From: Octopus vulgaris
Lineage: Eukaryota
Direction: 5' to 3'
Length of the DNA: 64,000 nucleotides
Assembly (NCBI GenBank): GCA_951406725.2
Contig: OX597821.1
Span: 104,594,001-104,658,000, forward strand
Under the pieces are notes generated by a model. It made no database searches. It saw nothing but the letters and a program-made list of their open reading frames with translations, and was not told the DNA's origin. Below, in pieces: positions 57,256-64,000 of this stretch. A program made the position numbers and the translations under genes. Numbering within the stretch: the first letter of the stretch is position 1; the number at the start of each line of letters is the position of its first letter.

Positions 57256-57882
57256 AAGTGATGCCAAGAGAAAGAAAGAGCGTAAAACAGAGAATGAACG
57301 AGAGTATAAAAACCGACACCTTGGGTCCAGTAATGGAATACTGTATTAATTTATGGACTCCGAAATGATAAAAGGAGCATTTACATTTGAGTGCATATGA
57401 TCGCAAAGTACTGAATGGCAAATTCAAAACTAAAAGGCAATCTATACGCACCTTCTAAGCGCCTTTAAAATCCGTTTATCCTTTTAGAAATTCAGTGTAG
57501 TTTAAAACTTTTCATGTCTACCTAGTGCAAGCTTTTTATGAGAATCCTTAAAACGTAACCAATATTTCTGCAATAATTTCCAAGTGCACTTAGTGAAATA
57601 TCTTAAAGATTTGCTTAATTTAAAGCTTGAAGTCGGATTAATGTGGTTATAAGTCACTCCAATTTCATCTTAATAGCCTTGCTACACATGAATAGATATA
57701 AGCATCGTAACATCGATGATCTCCAAGACTCGTTTAACAACTACCGTGAAGAATATAATCATGAAATAATGCAGCTTCTAAGCTCATTTGCCAGGGATGG
57801 AACTTTGAAATATTATAATTTGTTATTCGCTGTGTCTCTGAAGGCAGATTATTTGATTGTTAATATTATATTCTATAATTAA

Positions 57883-58560
57883 AGCGGTGAGCTGACAGAA
57901 CCTCTATCACTCCAGGCAAAACGTTTAGCGCAGTTTTCTACGTCTTTTACCTTCTAAGTTCATATTGAGCGGCGTCGACTTTATCATTTATCCTATCGGA
58001 GACGCTAAAATAAGTACCAGTTGAGAACAGAGTTCGATGTAATTGACTTGTGTCCCACGCACCCCAAAATTACTGGCTATGTGCAAATCAATATTATGTT
58101 CTCTAAAAGGACGGTAAGCTGGCAAAATTTTTAACAAGCCAGGCACAATGCTTAGCGGCATTTTGTCCGTATTTACGTTCTGAGTTCAAATACCACCGAG
58201 GTCCACTCGCCTTTCATACTTTTGCGCTCGATAAATCAAGTGTCAATTGAACATTAGAGCCAATGTAATCGACTAATCACTCTCCCAAAATTTCTGGCCC
58301 TTTGCCAAAATTTGACGCCAATATTATGTTTCCTACAAGACAGTGAGCTGGCAGAATCGTTACCACGCCGGGCGAAATGCTTAGAGGTATTTCGTCTGTC
58401 TTTAAGATCTGAATTCAAATTCCACATAGGTTGACTTTGCTTTTCATTCTTTCGGGGTCGATAAATTAAGAAACAGTTGCATAATGAAGCTGATCTAATC
58501 GACTGGCCTCCACCCCAAAATGTTCAGGCCTTTTGCCGGTCTAAATGCTTACAGGCATTT
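57883..58560 (+). mobile_element. Head-to-tail array of three diverged Meta-type SINEs
   Basis: Heads near 57883, 58108 and 58338, each preceded by an AAT(A/T)TTAT(G/A)TT-like spacer. Confidence 0.8.
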
Positions 58561-59179
58561 CGTCAGTCCCCGACATTGCTGATCTTTGCAATAATTGGGC
58601 CTCGATACTACGTCACATAATGCAGTGAATACATTTACATTCCAATTAAGGTTTGAAGGTGCGCAATCATCAAATTAATACTTCTGATGAAACAGCTTCC
58701 AGTTTTTATACTACATGTAATATACAAATTCGAGTGAAGCTTGAAAGAAGGCCGCTAGATGGGTTTCGATAAAGAGAGCCGACTGGAGATTTTCTACCAC
58801 ACGGATGCAGCTAAGGCTTGATCCACACCGGTTCGGTCAACTGGGCGAGAGGGTGAAATGTCCAAAGACCTGAAGCACCTTGAAACACCCAAAACATGAT
58901 GGTGCATCTTTGAGCATTTGTAAGTTGTATAGACGTCTCATAAACGTGAGAGGCACATTTATAGGTGTTATTATATTCTAAAGGTTGCATGATTCAAAAC
59001 TTGGCTATTTGAATGAAAAGAGTAATGCACCGATTCATAAACAGAATGTGTGCTCTACACAGCTTAATCTCTAAAAGCCATAATAAAACATCCACACCTT
59101 ATTAACTTCAATAGCAAATATTTATATGAAATGTATAATAATTTAAGTATTATGCGCTAAAAATTGTTAATTAACTTAT

Positions 59180-60346
59180 TTAGCTTATTATAATCAAGAC
59201 TAAAACCCGGTATTGGTTAAAAGAATAATTGTTGTTAAAAGGACATGCTAATTATATAATTATTAAATTAAGAGGTATAATATATATTTTAAAAGTTCTT
59301 TGTGTTAATTCATAAATGATATTACAGTTTCTTTGGGGTACTTAATTAGAAGGGATGTTTGTATAAAACCAATATAAATACCAAAATTAAGAGGACGGAG
59401 CACTTTACGAAAATGATAAAATCTTAGTTACTAAAACTACTTTAAACAATATGTCATTATTGTATAAAGCTAAAATTTAGGGTTATCAGGAAGATTTATC
59501 ACTGAAGTGAGAGAACAAATTTACTATAAATTAGTTCAATTATAATTTAGACAGTTTAATTTTAAGTTAAAATACCCATATTGTTTTTATAAGCTAAGTA
59601 TGGATTTATAGGGGTACACATATTTAGGTTTGTCTAAAGGCAATTATAAAGTTTTCAAATGTTCGGGTAGGGTAGAAACACCATAGAAAAAGATATAAAA
59701 TAGCTTAATCACTAAAATCATGTTGAAGTATATATGCAATTTTGTAACTTCAATACAGAAGATTTATAGAAAATACGAAATAATTCAAGTATTTAAAACT
59801 AAAGTTTGTTTAATTACTTAATTAGCTTGTGTCTATAATCCCTGATACCCAGTAAGTAATAACTAAAGAAAAAATTAATGCTGTAGGGCATTCTACCTAC
59901 GCACTGATTTTAAACTGATCTGATTATAAACTAGTCTATAAATTAAAACTGACCCCATAAAAACATAAATATCAGTGACAGGCAAAGTCTATAACAATGT
60001 ATATCTTCTTGAAAAGCTTAGTAACTTCTATGCTGGAGTAAGAACAACATGTTCTTTGTCTATCTCCTTAACGTCTTTGAGATTTTAGGTATAATTATAT
60101 TAATGTGTCCATCTGTTCTAATTTAATTTAATTCTATGTCTTTGTGCAGCTGAAGATTGCTCTGCATTTTGAATTGATGTAATGATTGCAATGTTCTATT
60201 AAATGGAGTTGCATGAAACGATCGTACAGCATTACCTCCTGATATCCTTGTTGCTTATTTTGATCTTAATCACCCTACTTTGAAATTGTATGTGTAATAC
60301 CGTACTAAATTCTGGTGACTCAACGTAGGTACCATATTTATCTGAA

Positions 60347-60350
<4 letters not shown>
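59180..60350 (+). mobile_element. Degraded Penelope-like element 3' half
   Basis: Decayed GIY-YIG-like TYLGLSKGNYK near 59615-59650, hammerhead at 60144-60232, ends at (TA)n. Confidence 0.55.
60144..60232 (+). ncRNA. Type I hammerhead ribozyme motif with long stem II insert
   Basis: GTGCAG CTGAAGA TTGC..GCAT GAAA CGATCG TA CAGCAT. Palindromic stem III ACGATCGT; stem I has one mismatch. Confidence 0.75.
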
Positions 60351-60395
<45 letters not shown>

Positions 60396-61084
60396 TGTAT
60401 AAGTATGAATGTATATAAGTATGCATGTATATAAGTGAAGTTTTGTATGTGTGTCCTTGTGATTATTTTTCCCGCTGCTTCAAGAACGCTATGGCTTTCT
60501 GTACGCCCTTGTAATACTCCCCGTTCTGTAAAGAGAACGTGATGGTTGTGGATAAGTGTCGGACCTTAAATACAAAAATGCAAACAAGAATTTATCAACA
60601 CGTTCTGCTACACCCGAAGGGTGCAGCTCCAGAATGACCGCTATGTAAGGAGTGAAGCAAGTAAAAGATAAAAGATAAAATAAGATATCCTAACTTAGTA
60701 ATTGTCCACGAAAAAAAAAAGAAAAGAAATTTAAGATTAAGGGTCACTACGCAGACTATTGCTTTCCCGTTTATAAACGGCTCAAAGTATTAGATGAAAT
60801 GAGATGCATGCTGTATAATTTTCGCGTTCTTCTAACGCTATTTAATGATTCTCTATATTGCTCTATCTCTAAAGACGTTCAACACACATGGATCGAAAGG
60901 TGACAATTTGCTGCTCTGGCCATGTGTTAATGCTTATCACAGAAAGTGTGATGGTATGCGCGTGAGGATGCATATGTATCTTCATTATTCGCTTCGACTT
61001 TGATCTCGAAATTACTCCAGCTATATATCTATACTCATTCTTCATAGGTGTCACATTCGCAAATGCAGGCACATATGCATATAT

Positions 61085-62740
<1,656 letters not shown>

Positions 62741-63324
62741 ACCACTCCCAAACACTTAGATGATAATGTCATGTTCTTGTAATCATTCACTTGTACGTGC
62801 TAACATTTTAAATTTTTCCATAATCTGTAATTTCACATATTTCGAGCAACGTCAGCTACCCGGACATGCTTGTCTCATATAATATATTTCTGCTTTAAGA
62901 ATCTGTCAAATACCATTCAACTATGCGACAATTTGACGTCCATTCTATTCATTTCAATACAAAATATCTACCTTTTAGTTGTAGTTTTTCAAGTATTGCG
63001 CCTCTTGTTATGACTGTACTGACTAGTGTGTTTTTCCCTGTTTGCTACATCGGAAATTGCTCTCAGTTGTATGATATTTATAAGACATGCGTTGATTTCC
63101 TTCCGTTTTACGTTATGAGAAACACTACAGTGCATGAAAACATGTGTTGATGGTACGTTCAAGTCTTCTACGTATTTCTTCAGGATCTTTGTATACCGTG
63201 TTCTATCCTTGATCAAATGATATGCCCGAAAAGGGTAAATGTATGTATACATATGACAGAAGTCATATATGATGGAGTTCTCCAGTAACTGAAACAGTAT
63301 TAGTATGTCGGTGGTTATCTTCGT

Positions 63325-63557
63325 AAGGCGGTGAGTTGACAGAACCGTTTGCACGCCGGGCGAAATGCGTAGCCGTATTTCATCTGCCGTTGCGTTCTGA
63401 GTTCAAGTTCGGCCCAGGTCGACTTTGCCTTTCATCCTTTCGGGGTCGATAAAGTAAGTACCAGTTACGCACTGGGGTCGATGTAATCGACTTAATACCT
63501 ATGTCTGTCCTTGTTTGTCCACTCTATGTCTAGCCCCTTGTGGGTAATAAAGAAATA
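63325..63557 (+). mobile_element. Meta-type SINE, full length with perfect 15-bp TSD
   Basis: TSD GGTGGTTATCTTCGT at 63310-63324 and 63558-63572; B box GTTCAAGTTC. Confidence 0.93.
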
Positions 63558-64000
63558 GGTGGTTATCTTCGTGTTTTCATTTCCACTTGTTTTAGTCATT
63601 ATACAGTTGCCATGCTGGGGCACCGCCTTCAAATTTAAGTCGAATGAATCGACTCCAGTACGTACGGGACATAAACACACCAACACCGAGTAGACAAGGG
63701 GAGAGAAACACAGGCACAAAGACAGGCACAAAGACACCAACATATATATATATATATATGCATGTATATATTTGTGTGTGTGTGGTTGTGTAGTTGTATT
63801 TGTATAAGTACTTATATAGAGTAAGTACTAGGTTTACAAAATCAAGTCCTGTGGTTGATTTCTCCGACTATAACTCTTGAAGGTGTTGCTGCAACATGGC
63901 CTCAGTCAAATGATTGCAACAATAAAAGAATATTTATTGCTTCTTAGAACAAGTCTCTGTGACGTCAAAGATTACTTGTCCTTTCATCCATTACATTTTT

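Noticed and set aside
57643-57882. 79-aa non-repetitive ORF
   Set aside because: No recognisable motif or convincing splice signals; length is compatible with chance.
58730-58965. Possible Tc1/mariner C-terminal remnant
   Set aside because: Too degraded to support with motifs or TIRs.
59100-60100. AT-rich stretch that first looked like a mitochondrial rRNA insertion (GATACCC near 59845)
   Set aside because: No other conserved rRNA motifs; a decayed GIY-YIG-like peptide and a downstream hammerhead point to a Penelope remnant.

Overview
Eukaryotic, AT-rich and microsatellite-saturated DNA with no recognisable host protein-coding gene. The SINE and repeat repertoire resembles an octopus (coleoid cephalopod) genome; this is inference. 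Nearly all short ORFs in the track are translated (TA)n/(CA)n/(TATG)n/(TAA)n repeats. The real content is mobile DNA. (1) A young Neptune-like Penelope retroelement (PLE; RT + GIY-YIG) forms a 5.3-kb head-to-head foldback with ~2.48-kb arms at 48.6-53.9 kb. (2) At least six families of Penelope-type terminal fragments carry type I hammerhead ribozyme motifs, including a U3-A8 covariant core, a single-nucleotide insertion after A9, and long stem II inserts; most sit against (TA)n tracts. (3) A 557-bp unit element is arranged as tandem plus inverted permuted copy. (4) A GC-rich DD34E Tc1 transposon carries an exact ETS-CRE motif and a CTCF-like motif. (5) Remnants of R4/Dong, RTE and CR1-group LINEs, Tigger/mariner MITEs, Helitron-like ends, and about 25 tRNA-derived SINEs of four families are also present, one family sharing a covarying 3' stem-loop with a LINE. 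Coordinates were read by eye; edges of degenerate repeats are approximate.
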